Source of the DNA: Spirogloea muscicola
Lineage: Eukaryota
Length of the DNA stretch: 23,056 nt
Assembly (NCBI GenBank): GCA_009602725.1
Contig: WELB01000009.1
Span: 341,480 to 364,535 of the forward strand
Direction: 5' to 3'
The stretch's first letter is position 1. Every line of letters starts with the position of its first letter. Below are positions 10,889 to 22,000 of this stretch, piece by piece. The notes below the pieces were generated by a model. That model was not told the DNA's origin and did not search any database. It saw only the letters and a list, made by a program, of their open reading frames with translations. Position numbers and translations under genes: made by a program.

Positions 10889-13800
10889 TCACAGGACAAG
10901 TCCTGGATCCCAGCAGAAGTGATGATGTCGGTCCAGCACGTCAAGAGCTGCCATGCTGGGCTCATCGATGTCAAAATTCAATGCCTCGCAATTGTCCTCA
11001 ATTGCTTGCTTCCTCGTGCTTCTGGGGATGACAACTGTTGTTTGCAACAGGTAGCAAAATCAAGTCAATGACCCGAGGACGCACTTAACAACCACAAGGC
11101 AGACATGTAAAAAGGAGATGGCTCAGTTGTTCAGATTAAGTGGTTCTTAATCAGTCAGTTTCAAACAAATTGGAGAGTCAAGCACATACCCAGTCCCTTC
11201 TGCAGGCCCCATCTCAATAAAATTTGTGCAGGGGAACGCAAGCAGAGCTCTGCCACTCTGGATACTGTGGGGTCACTCAGCAGCTGCAGTACATGTGCAA
11301 CGTCACAGTCACGTCAGGCACCATTCCCTCGGCTGCAACTTGTCCATCCTTCAGTATAGGCTGCCTGACTGCGCTCAATTGGGGTGAAGTATGCATGGGG
11401 CTCAAGTGCTGCCTGACTACTGCAGGTTGTCACACAAACACACAGTTACCAACACGTCAAGAGCAGCTCTCACCTGCCCGCATCCAAGGGACGCGTATGC
11501 CACAACCACAATGCTGTGCTCTTTGCACAACTGGCAGAGATCTCTCTGCCTCAAGTAAGGGTGTATCTCCACCTGGACATATAGGTATAGCAGACGTTTC
11601 TTGAATATGAATGGCGAGTTTGAGCAGGACCAATTTGATCATAAGGACCGCTTTGTCACTATGAGTAGCCTCCATCACAATATTTAAACAGCTTACAGAC
11701 CCAAATGTAATGAAGACCACCAGGCTCGTTTGAGACTAGGGGCATGCAGTGAATATAATGGTCAGGCATCCTGCTGCAAGCACCTGATTGACCATTGGGC
11801 GAATCTGGCACGCCCTCAGCAACTCCGTCAGATGGCGGCAGTTGTAATTGCTCACGCCGATGGCCTTGACTTTCCCTGTCGCTTTGAGCAACTCGATTAC
11901 AGATAGATTAGATGCAGAAAGGGACGAAATGGGCCAACACAAGCTAGCTGGGCATACCGCAGTCCGTACACCCTGTCAAGGTCAAAGCGAAGTGCTCGTC
12001 ATACAAGCAAACAAAGAGGTAGAAGACGCAACCCATGACGTAAAGTCAGGTGATTTTGCATCTCCACTTAGGCCCTCTGCTTGCCTGTTCTGTAAAGCTC
12101 TTCAAGTGCTCTCCATGTGTCCTGCCTGAGGAAGCTATTTCTTGGGGATCGTCTGCTCCAAGCCACAACACAATCACAGCTTCTCAGGATCCTGAAAGCC
12201 AGGGTTTGTCACCCGCTGCAGAGGTGCTGCAGCCGCCCCCCTCCAGCGGCTGCATGTAGACACCTCCAGTGCTACAATCGGGGAGGTTGATCAACGAGCC
12301 AGCAAGAAGCTAGGAACTAGCTCTGATTACTAAACCGTGGAAAAGACGAAGAGGAAAGGGTAGAGAAGAGAGGCCAAGTGAACCTACATATCTTGCTTGG
12401 CCACGCCAGGCCTGTTGCCCCCTCGAGATTAAAAACCTGCAGGATTATTGTCACTTGTCCTGCTGTATACATACACAGATGAGGGATTGACCAGCACAAG
12501 TAGATAACCAGGAACTTCTGATGGCTAGCTGCTGCATGTTACAGCCTAGGATTTAGTAGAAGTGTACTTCAAATGAGGGTTCCTTCTCAATGTTCTTGTT
12601 ACTTGAAGGAACAGTTAACCTCAAACACTAACAATTCAAGTATGTATGCAAAGAAGGAACCTCAGAGAGGTGGTGGGGAGTGAGCACCAGTGGATGAGGT
12701 AGAGGTCCTGCAAGAGCAAGCAAGGGGCATGAGACACAAACTTCATGACTTGTCACCTTCATCATGTTGGGCGAATAGAGTATTGCTGCCTTACTGCACA
12801 GTATGTACTATTAAGTTGCCATGAAAGAGAAGTAGAACTAAGGTTCTACTTCCGGCATGCACTACAGGTCAAGACGTGGTGGCGGAGTACCAGGTAGGTG
12901 GTCTGCAACCTCTCCAACGACCTTGTGCAAGCCTCCAATGCCGCCGTGTAACTAAGACAACAGAAAAACCCATCTACATCAGTAAAGTTGTAAATGAAGG
13001 CGTTGATTAGGCCAAGTGCAACTGCAGATGAGCTGAACGGACAAGTCATGTCATGTCGAAAACACATTCATTTGCTGGGCTGGCCAATCAGCCATCGCCC
13101 TCTACTGGAATTGTCTATCTCAAGTCATGTTGCCAATCTCTGTTCCATGATATGGAACAGAAATTGAAAATACAAGTGGCAATTGTGGAGAAGAAGTTGG
13201 TTGCAGACTGTATAGATGCTGAGGTCTTGCATTCTCACCCTTGCTCGGATGGGGACGCCTTGCTGGTAATGAAGACACTGCTACGCGGCACCCCCGAGTC
13301 CCTCAGAGCCTGGCCGACCTCTACCTCATTCTTGTACACAGATGCAGTGTCTGCCATGTCAAATTCACAATAAAAAGAACACAATAGTGTCGTATGTGTC
13401 AGGGAGACGGCTGCAGCTTCTCAGTGGTCGCCATATGATTATAAGATTGCTAGATAATCTGCAACCCACGAACTTGAGCTCTGCTCTGGACTGTGAAAGC
13501 TGTAGACATCTGTCGAAGAGCCCGCCATGGCGGACGTGCTACCGGCAGGGAGGGCTCGTCCTCACCTATGTGCCGGTAGCCTGCCTCCAGCGCCCACTTG
13601 ACGGCCTGCAAGGCCTCCATGCCGCGCGCCCGGAAGGTGCCCACTACGAGCCGCGGAGCGAGACGAAGATGGAGACCGCCATGGCGGCTCAGAGCCACGC
13701 AGAGGTCATCGTACCACCTGTACTGACGACGCCATCAGATGCCAGAGCCGCCGACAACGCAGCACAGAGCGCTGCGAGCGCTGCAGGGACTCACAGCCGA

Positions 13801-13903
13801 ACATGGGCATCGTCACGCCATTGTGGAGGGTGACGGCTGGTGTGACTGCCGCCGAGCCGCCGAGCTGCGCTGCTTGCTGGTCGTGGCCAGCCCACGATGC
13901 CAT
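10889..13903 (-). CDS. Aldo-keto reductase (AKR5/2,5-DKG reductase-like), 300 aa
   Basis: Eleven exons: 13903-13795, 13643-13566, 13350-13239, 12951-12891, 12707-12688, 12411-12388, 12152-12085, 11875-11784, 11572-11474, 11283-11190, 11034-10889 (903 nt in frame; one GC-AG intron). Motifs: 'LHNGVTMPMFGLGTF', 'GYRHIDTASVYKNE', 'VFITSK', 'YLDLYLIHWP', 'GKVKAIGVSNY', 'NQVEIHP', 'AQILLRWGLQ', 'VIPRS'. The D-Y-K-H catalytic tetrad is intact. Confidence 0.95.
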
Positions 13904-15459
13904 GGCCGAGTGCGCGCAGTGTTTCAGGCCAGGTTGGCACGCTCTGCCAATCTAGGAGCAACGTTGACAGTTCTGGGCGTTCCCACGTTATGCAGGAGTG
14001 GCGTAGTAGCACTTCTGCATGGAAATCGACACTCGAGACTTGGAGACTCGAGACTTGAGACTGGGTCTGCTCTCTGTTCTCCAAGCACCTTCTGGTTGCT
14101 CAAGCCTGGCTGCTTCAAAGCATCAGCTACTCGTGGCCAGTAAGTTGTTTGGAATGCCTTGAGCAATGATCTCTGGAGGCTTCTCGCTGTGGCAGGTCCC
14201 TCTGCTGCAACTCTTCATTACAGCATTTCCAGGCTCATAAAGTGCATCTGCGGGCAGGCCATACTTTGGCTGCTGCTTCTGGGCTCGTCATGTCGACTCT
14301 TTCCCAGCTGCAAAATATGCCAACTTGCTGCCGACTGGGGATCATTGAGCTCCCATTCGAAGTAGCCAGTTGGATAGCTGTGTGGTGTTGGCACCTTTCG
14401 GCCCTTCAGACCTTGTCCACTTCGTCTGGGCTGGCCTTTCACAATCCTTTACGGCCTATCCTCTAAATTGCTCAAGCAAGCGAAGAAGATCTTCCTAAGG
14501 GGCGATGGCTGTGACATTAAGGTATCCAGTTTCGTAACAGCTGCAGCTGATGATAGTGCAGCACTTAAGCCAATCTTAACATGTCAACATTGCAGGTCAA
14601 GCCAGCTTCGCACCACTTTGAGGATGACATGAGCCATTTGCAAGCCGACAGGGCAGAGGTTGCAGCCACTTCAAGCGCCTATGGTCACAGATTCCACGGT
14701 GAACCATCTGGTCTTTTATGAATTGGTAAGCACCTGCTTGTCAGAGTTGGTAACTATTGCAGTCACCCACAGCTGAACTTACTGCAGAAACAAACACCTG
14801 AACAAAACTTGCCAGCTCTGGGGTTTTGGAATTGTGTGGATAAGGCTTGCCTGGGAACAGCTTGCAATCTGAGAAAGCCCTTGGGAAATAGGGTATGCAC
14901 TGTTGCAGAAGCAATGCAAGCAAATGCTTTAAGTCTGCAAAGGAGCACATTGAAGGTGACTAGTTAAGATGGACTGTCAAGTCATGCGTGGACGTTGAGA
15001 ATCAATGTTTTTCTAATACACAATGCCTTGGGGGGGTAGAAGCAAGGACTTCACTTCAAGCCACTTAGATGATACAAGAATGAGATTGAGTTGGTAGGAC
15101 TGAATGCTTTCGTGCCTTTATCCAAAGACATCCTCCCTTGGACAAGCTTCAGCGCCTCCCACTAACCTCTTGAGAGAACACTGTGCTTCACAGGCCCCCC
15201 TCAAGTGACTTGCATGGGCAAAGAAGCAGTCTTGTGTGGAGACATGACAGGTGCACAAATGTGCACGTATGCACAAATGTGCGTCAACAATGACTGCGGC
15301 TAGATGACATGCCACTGCGCTCAAGCTTGGCACAAAAGACACAGCCATGAGGCAAGGCACGTGGTGGAGGTGAAGGCAACCTGACAGAGCTGACAGCTGC
15401 AGTAGATCCGAGCGGCAAGCGTCCGGGAAGCTGAGATCATCGATGGCCGGCCAGGATAA

Positions 15460-17061
15460 TCACCTCACGCAGCTGTACATGGTAAACTCGGGCGTCATGA
15501 AGTGGAGGGGGTGCGCGGGGCTGATTATCGCATCGCTGCCACAGATACAAATGATACTGCACCACTTAGTCAGTGTGTACTTGGCTTGAGGTTCTGGGTC
15601 ACAGTGTGTACACTTTTGGTGGTAATGATCAAGTTTGGAGGACTTCTTATTGAGGATTTAGGTATTGCAGGGAGCATAGCAAGGTCCATGGAGCTGGAGG
15701 CCAAAAGCGGCCGCAGGCGCTGACCTCCGCGGCCCAAAGACCTGGATCTGGCGGACGTGCGTGTCACGGCCGTTCTGGTGGTTGGACATGATCGCCAGCT
15801 GCACGAGGAACGCCCGCAGGTACTCCCTGGCCACGCGCCCCACCGATCGACGGCGACGCAACAGCCCATTAGGTGCTTTGTCCCACAATCCTTGGTAAAC
15901 AGGTCGAGAGCGAGGCCATCAAGCAGCAGCTGACGGCCTCAACGACAGGCAGCCACCTCACCCCGAGTCCTCATGCCGCAGCGAGACGCGGACCCAGCCA
16001 CTGGGCTCCGACAACGTCACCGCGCGCACGTCCTGGCACCATCACAGCCCCCCCCCAGTGGCCGCATGCCAATGCTGGCGTGAGCCCAGCATAACGATCA
16101 ACGAGCGCTGCCGTCGCCGGCGCGCCGACACTCCTGCTCACCCGGAGATCGTGGTACGAGTTGCCGGCGCGGACGACGACCTTGCTGGGAGTGTAGCTCT
16201 CGTCGCGCTTGAAGTCGACGTACAGGGCCAGTTGCTGGTGCGCACCCACATTGCCGCGTCGTCAGGCACGCCTCCCTGTCTCGGCCATGCTGGCTCTCAG
16301 TCTCTTGGGCGCTCGTGCGACAGTCGCCGCAGCGGTTGCAGCAACCGCCGCGGCTGCCATGACTACACAGCTGCGCAGCAGAGTGTAGCGAGCTGATGGC
16401 AGGCTCCCACTGGCCTGGGGCAGACCTGCAAGCGGACCTTGCGCTGGAACTGGATGTTGACGAGGTGAGGGTTCGCCCCATCAGACCTGAGTGCAGTGCG
16501 GCCGCCGCCCGGGCACCAGTCAAGATTGCCCTCAGGGCAGAGGCGTTTCGCCTTGGACCTGGACATCTATATGGCAACGTCCCAAGACCAGCAGCCTCCA
16601 GGCTGCTAGTCTAGGCCTCAGTTGAACAACTAAGGTGTATAGAAAGATGGGCTTTGATTTTTCTTCCAGGGCTTCCAGGGCTTTGATAACAGCTTCAGCG
16701 CCAGTAGACGATAGCAAGGATGGCAGGCCTGGGGCTTGGGACTGGGAAGGGACTCAGTGTAAGGGCTGAAGGTGAAGGTTCAGGGTCAGGCCATGAGCTG
16801 GTGTCCAAGTCTTGAGAATTACGGTAGGGTCATAGACTTGATACTTGATAGGTGGAGCTTAAACCCTTATTCGAAACCGTACCCCTAAACCCCAAACCCT
16901 GATTCCTGAATCCGCGCTCACTGCCAGTAGGAGTCGAGGCTGCCGTCCCGCAGCAGCTCGACGCCGTTGCCGGGCTTGGCGCTGCTCACGCTCCACACCG
17001 CCAGCGCGCCCACCTCGCGCCTCTCCGCCGCCGCGCCGCCGCCGTCGTCGGCGCCGTCGCC
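15460..17061 (-). CDS. APC10: Anaphase-promoting complex subunit 10 (DOC1); start codon in the N-gap
   Basis: Exons <17061-16922, 16486-16426, 16234-16142, 16032-15962, 15826-15725, 15520-15460 join in frame: '[98 protein letters not shown]'. The C-terminal VR corresponds to the APC10 IR tail. Confidence 0.96.
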
Positions 17062-17382
17062 NNNNNNNNNNNNNNNNNNNNNNNNNNNNNNNNNNNNNNN
17101 NNNNNNNNNNNNNNNNNNNNNNNNNNNNNNNNNNNNNNNNNNNNNNNNNNNNNNNNNNNNNNNNNNNNNNNNNNNNNNNNNNNNNNNNNNNNNNNNNNNN
17201 NNNNNNNNNNNNNNNNNNNNNNNNNNNNNNNNNNNNNNNNNNNNNNNNNNNNNNNNNNNNNNNNNNNNNNNNNNNNNNNNNNNNNNNNNNNNNNNNNNNN
17301 NNNNNNNNNNNNNNNNNNNNNNNNNNNNNNNNNNNNNNNNNNNNNNNNNNNNNNNNNNNNNNNNNNNNNNNNNNNNNNNNNN
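17062..17382. other. Assembly gap (N run) covering the APC10 and cupin start codons and their divergent promoter
   Basis: Run of N flanked by GC-rich coding sequence on both sides. Confidence 0.99.
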
Positions 17383-18437
17383 GGCGGCGCCGCGGCGAGC
17401 TCCCGGCGCCCAGCGTAAGCGCCGCCGGCCCTCGCCCGGCCGCAGAGGGCCATGGCCGTGGCGGCGAGGTCTGCCCATGTGGAGGCCCTACTGACTTTGG
17501 AGGCCCATCTATCGTTGGCGCTCTACAGGCGCCATTGCCGCCGCCGCCACGGCGGCCCGGCCTCGGCGGCGGCGGCCGGTGGATGAGCGCTTCGGCATCC
17601 GGGTGGAGCGCCAGGCGCCGGCCGGCCGCCTCCAGGTCCTCCTTCCCCTCCCAAACCCCAAACCCCAAACCCTCAAATCTGAACACTAAACCTGACAGCC
17701 CCGGGCCTGGCCCACTCGACGTCGCCTTAACGATGTCTGTGGCAAGCCCCAACTGATAGAGCCCATCACGACGGCGGGTTTTGCTGTCCACGACCCTCTT
17801 AAGCGGCACTATCACAAGGTCCCAGGTTTCTGTAGATATTGGTGTTGTTACTGCACAACAGGCTATGGATTGGGGTTTCAGTGGTGTTATGATGAGAGGT
17901 TCAGGTGTCTCATGGGTTTTACAGAAAGCAGCACCTTATGATGTATATGATAAGGTAGATGTTGATATACCAGTAGGTACACGGAAAATTTGTTATATGA
18001 CTTTTATCGTGTGCTTTTAGAAGAACTGCTTGGTTCTGTATAGTTCCTCGGTACTCGAGAACTTTGGCATAGATGGCTTCGTCTCCCTCGAGTACTCAAG
18101 ACCTCGCAGCGAGCACCATCCGCAGGAGCTGGGCGTCGACCGGTGGCCCGTGTGGGAGACGGGCGAGGGGGTGTACGCCTGGTCATGGCGCGTCGATGAG
18201 TTAGTGTACATCGCAAACGGTACACTCGTCGTCACGCCAGCAACCACCTCCGACGACGACGATGACGACGTCGCTCCAGCCGCCACCGCCGCCGTCGCTG
18301 CCGCTGCCGAGGAGGACAGCCTGCACCTGGCCGCCGGCGACGTCGTGCGCTTCCCCAAGTGGTTCGCCGCCGACCTCGCCTTCCCTGACCCTGCCTTCGA
18401 GATGCGCTACTCTTTCCGCGCTTACGGTGACGACTGA
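17383..18437 (+). CDS. PTAC18: RmlC-like cupin (DUF861/cupin_3 type), pTAC18-like plastid protein; start probably in the gap
   Basis: Exons <17383-17468, 17529-17635, 18126-18437. Spliced product: '[78 protein letters not shown]'. This matches the pTAC18 pattern as I recall it (V-E-R..L.ELGV.RW..W..G....W.W.VD.LVYI, 'GDLVRYPKW.EADL', C-terminal 'RY.F.AY.DD'). The Arg/Ala/Pro-rich leader resembles a transit peptide. Confidence 0.8.
17832..18027 (+). pseudogene. nad7: Mitochondrial nad7 fragment (NUMT) inside the cupin gene intron
   Basis: AT-rich island with A/T-ending codons translating to '[55 protein letters not shown]', which matches the Nad7 segment '[53 protein letters not shown]'. It has substitutions at conserved sites and the frame degrades after CY. 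Confidence 0.9.
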
Positions 18438-18884
18438 TGGGACCGTAGCGGCCCATTGTCTTGTTTCAGCTACAGTGTCCTTGGGCAACTAGCATGGCCC
18501 GCTAAGGTGCTGCTTCACAGCACATATTGTGCTTTTAAGACTGCTAGTCCGAGCACTGCGTATGCTGGTTCCGAGAGTCCTCAGCCTTGTCGCTCATCCA
18601 AGTTCCAAACCGGCTGCTCCTTCGGTCAGAGTGGAGCTCAGAGAGGCAGGGCTCCTTTCGACTGTTCATGTCGAGCCGGCCAAGTATATTAGCCACGCCA
18701 ATTAATTACTGGCCAACAGCCGAGCTAGATATTCGACTAATTGACTGCTGTGCTCATGATGCAACTGGGTAGTGATTTGCGGTAATGAGCGCCGACTGTG
18801 CGCCGCAGGGGATAGGCTTGATGCTTGATTACCGACGTAAAGCAGGAGCAGGAAGTACTGCAGTCAAATGACAACACAAGGCTG

Positions 18885-19002
18885 CAATTCTGTACACTTA
18901 TCTCATTCAGTGGTAGAAGTACATGTGTGACACGTCTGGGCCAGAGCTTGCACTTGATCAATTCTGTACACTATACTCAGTTAGTGGTGAAAGAATATGT
19001 GT
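18885..19002. repeat. Diverged direct repeat of about 44 bp in the convergent 3' region
   Basis: 'caattctgtacact.at.ctca.t.agtggt..aag.a.atgtgt' occurs at 18885-18928 and 18959-19002. Confidence 0.7.
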
Positions 19003-19034
19003 AATGGGTCTGTGACAGAGCCTGCAGGCTGTGG

Positions 19035-22000
19035 TCAGCCCGGATCGCGATGGCCAGGAGTAGCTGCAGGCTGTGAGGCTGTGCCGAGGCTCTCAGCGGC
19101 GTGCTGGGCCCGGGAGTCCAAGCAGGCGCTGAGCAGCAGGGCCTCCACTGCAGCCGACGAGGAAGTGGCCGCAACCGCCGAGGAGGCAGGCCGCTCCTCG
19201 CTCAGTACCGGCAGCAAGCCGCCATGCAGCTCACCGCCGCCGCCGTCCAGCGACAGATGCTCGATGCCGCCATCGCCACTGGGCTCAGCTTCCGGCATGC
19301 CACCGTCCCACCGCTCTCTCTGTCGCCCGCCTGGAGGAGGGAAGGTGGAGTGCCCATCACCAGCCACCGGCCTTCTGGACGAGCGCCGCTTGGACGAGCC
19401 GAACCAGCCAAAGCGCCGCTGTCGGGCGGCGCCGTCCTTGCCCAGCACAGCGTCGGCCTCGCGGCCATCACCGAAGGAGCTGCAGGACGACGGCAGTGAC
19501 GGCTGCGACGCAAGCTGCGGCGACGTCGGCCCACTGCTCGGCCACGCCGAGGACGGCGGTGCCATCATGCTCGAGGGCGTTGCCCGTGGCGACGGAGGCT
19601 GCAGTAATGACAGGTGAGGAGACGCCGACGCCGAGCGCCCCCGCCACCACGGCCGCTCAGGCCCTGGTCTGGCCTCCCGGTCCGGGCTTGACAGAACGCC
19701 GCTGCAGTCGGAGAATGCTGCGTTGCTTGCACTCTCTGCACCTTCAACAAGCAGAAATTCAATTAGACAATCCATGAAGCCTATTACTGGGGCTCTCCAC
19801 GCTCAATCAAAGAATCAGAGACAATCACGTCCATAACATCTAAGCCCCAGTCTTGGATCATTCCCAGGGCCCTTACCTTTCTTGTGCACTGAAAGCCAAA
19901 TGCAGCATTAATGGTAATGAGTCTGGTTGGACATGCCCCTACCGTCCTGAGTAGGAAAAGTGGCTGCAGCAGCGGCATCGTCCTCCTCGCTGCCTGCCGC
20001 GGAGCTGGTAGCTGCTGCGGCCGCATCCGCAGTGCCTGAGACCGAGCGCTGGACAGCCCGTTGCTCGCCCACCGTGATGGCGACGTGCAGCTGGCCCGAC
20101 TTGACGCCCTCCAGGTTGAGCCACAGCTCGTGGCGCGCCCCGCCCCGCAGCTTCACCAGATCCACGCTGCAGTCACCCTGCTTGTAAGGACTCAGCGCGC
20201 TGCATCAGCTTCTCGGGTATGAGCAATTTAAGTTGTGGATTGCAAATGTTACGAAATGGCAGAGCTTTCTAGTCGGCACAACAGCATTGCTCGCTAAGTG
20301 ACTCAATGGACCTCGGTCCACCAATTCTGTAGCAAAGAGTAGGCCCAAGCAAGACACTAACACTGACTAGGCTCCACTTGATTGTGCAAATTATGCCATA
20401 TTTTTGCCATTCACCAACCAACAATCAGGTGCAGTTTATGGCCGGGTTATGAACAAGTAACCGACATTGAGAATAAGCTCCAGGTTCTTCGTACAGAGGG
20501 CGCCTCACCAGACTATCGTCCTTGCCGAACGTGTCGCGATCGCGGACCTTCATGACCAGCCTGTTGGCGCAGCGCCACGTTCCGATGCGGAGACGGAACG
20601 TCTCGTGCCAGGACGGCTCGAGCGTGTGCCACCTCACCGACGTCGTGCATCGGTTCTTCTCCAGCCGAAGCTTGACGTAGGGGTCTGAGGAGCCTGCGCC
20701 CCCAGCACAAACATGCAGTCAGCGTAGGCTGTGCCGCCTGTGCACAGTGACTAATTGGGTCATTAGACTTGCATGAGAGACCAAGGCTTTTCTTGATTTT
20801 GATCTTAGATATGACATTGAGCTTATGTCTCGCCCTGCACTTTCTCGATTCTCCTACAAAATGCCACAGCAGCAACAGATTGTGGACGAGCCGCCTGTAG
20901 ACCGACGAGGAACCGTACCGAAAACTCACCAAACATTGCAAGAACTTAAGCAGAGCTCACAGCACTGACCATTCCGGTCCATGGCGATGAGGTCCTTGGC
21001 ATCCAGGACTTCCACGATCACGAACGCGACTTCGGGCTTCTTCCGTACCTTGATCTGGCCTGATGCGACAATCGCGGCCCAGAGCAAGCTCAGTCTTGCC
21101 CTTCACAGAGGTCCAAGGAATGTGTCTGCAGGTTTGCATTGAGGAGACGAGCACGCTCACCATTGCGCATGAAGAAAAACGCGACCTTCTCGTCGTCGAC
21201 GCCGTAGTTTGTGCCAAACATCTTGACGAGGTCCATGGTCAGCGCATTCGGCTCCACGAGAGTCGTAACCACTGCCGCCTTGATAGCCTTGGTCTGCGCC
21301 TCCGCCACGCCGGCCCCAGCCCACAATCTCAGCAGCAAGATCAAGTTAAGAAGCAGATTGCCGGCTCAAAGAAATCATAATAAAACATAATGAGATCTCA
21401 AGGACTTAGAAATAGACCAATAATAAGTATTAAATCGTCGTCTTAACATATTCTGTATACGTGAAAGTGACCTGCCTGTCAATGGCCTGAAATGGGATCA
21501 ATATAGGACCCAGCAAGACTTAACAGAGTCCCGAAGAATAATCGCAGCTACAAGCTTTTGGTCACTCTAGTGACTTTCTGCAGGAGTCGAGGCGTATGGC
21601 GAGGCTCACCACCCACGTGGCAATGCCGGGCAGGTCGAAGACGTCGAAGCCATTGGAGGCGAGCGGGCGGACGCTGAGCTGCAGCAGGGGCGGCGCCACG
21701 AAGGAGAGGCGCAGGCGCGACACGTACGGGGAGTACGGCAGGAAGCTCACACCGACGCGCAGCTTGCCCTCGATGCGCAGGTTGTTGCCATAGAGCTTGC
21801 CGCCGACCCCGAACGACGCCACCTGCGCACTCGGCGGACAGCGGTCATGACCGGCGCCGTGTCAGAGACGCTCAAGGCATGCCCCAATGCGGCAAGAAGC
21901 ACCAGAGAGGCGTCTGTATTGAGCGCCTTGCCTTGAGGCGTGCGAGGAGCTCGACGCCCATGTTGCGGTCGGCGATGAAGGAGAAGTCGAGCTCCAGCGC

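Noticed and set aside
17781..18020. 79-aa ORF as a functional nuclear nad7 gene
   Set aside because: It covers only a small internal fragment, has substitutions at conserved residues, lacks a targeting peptide and lies inside another gene's intron.
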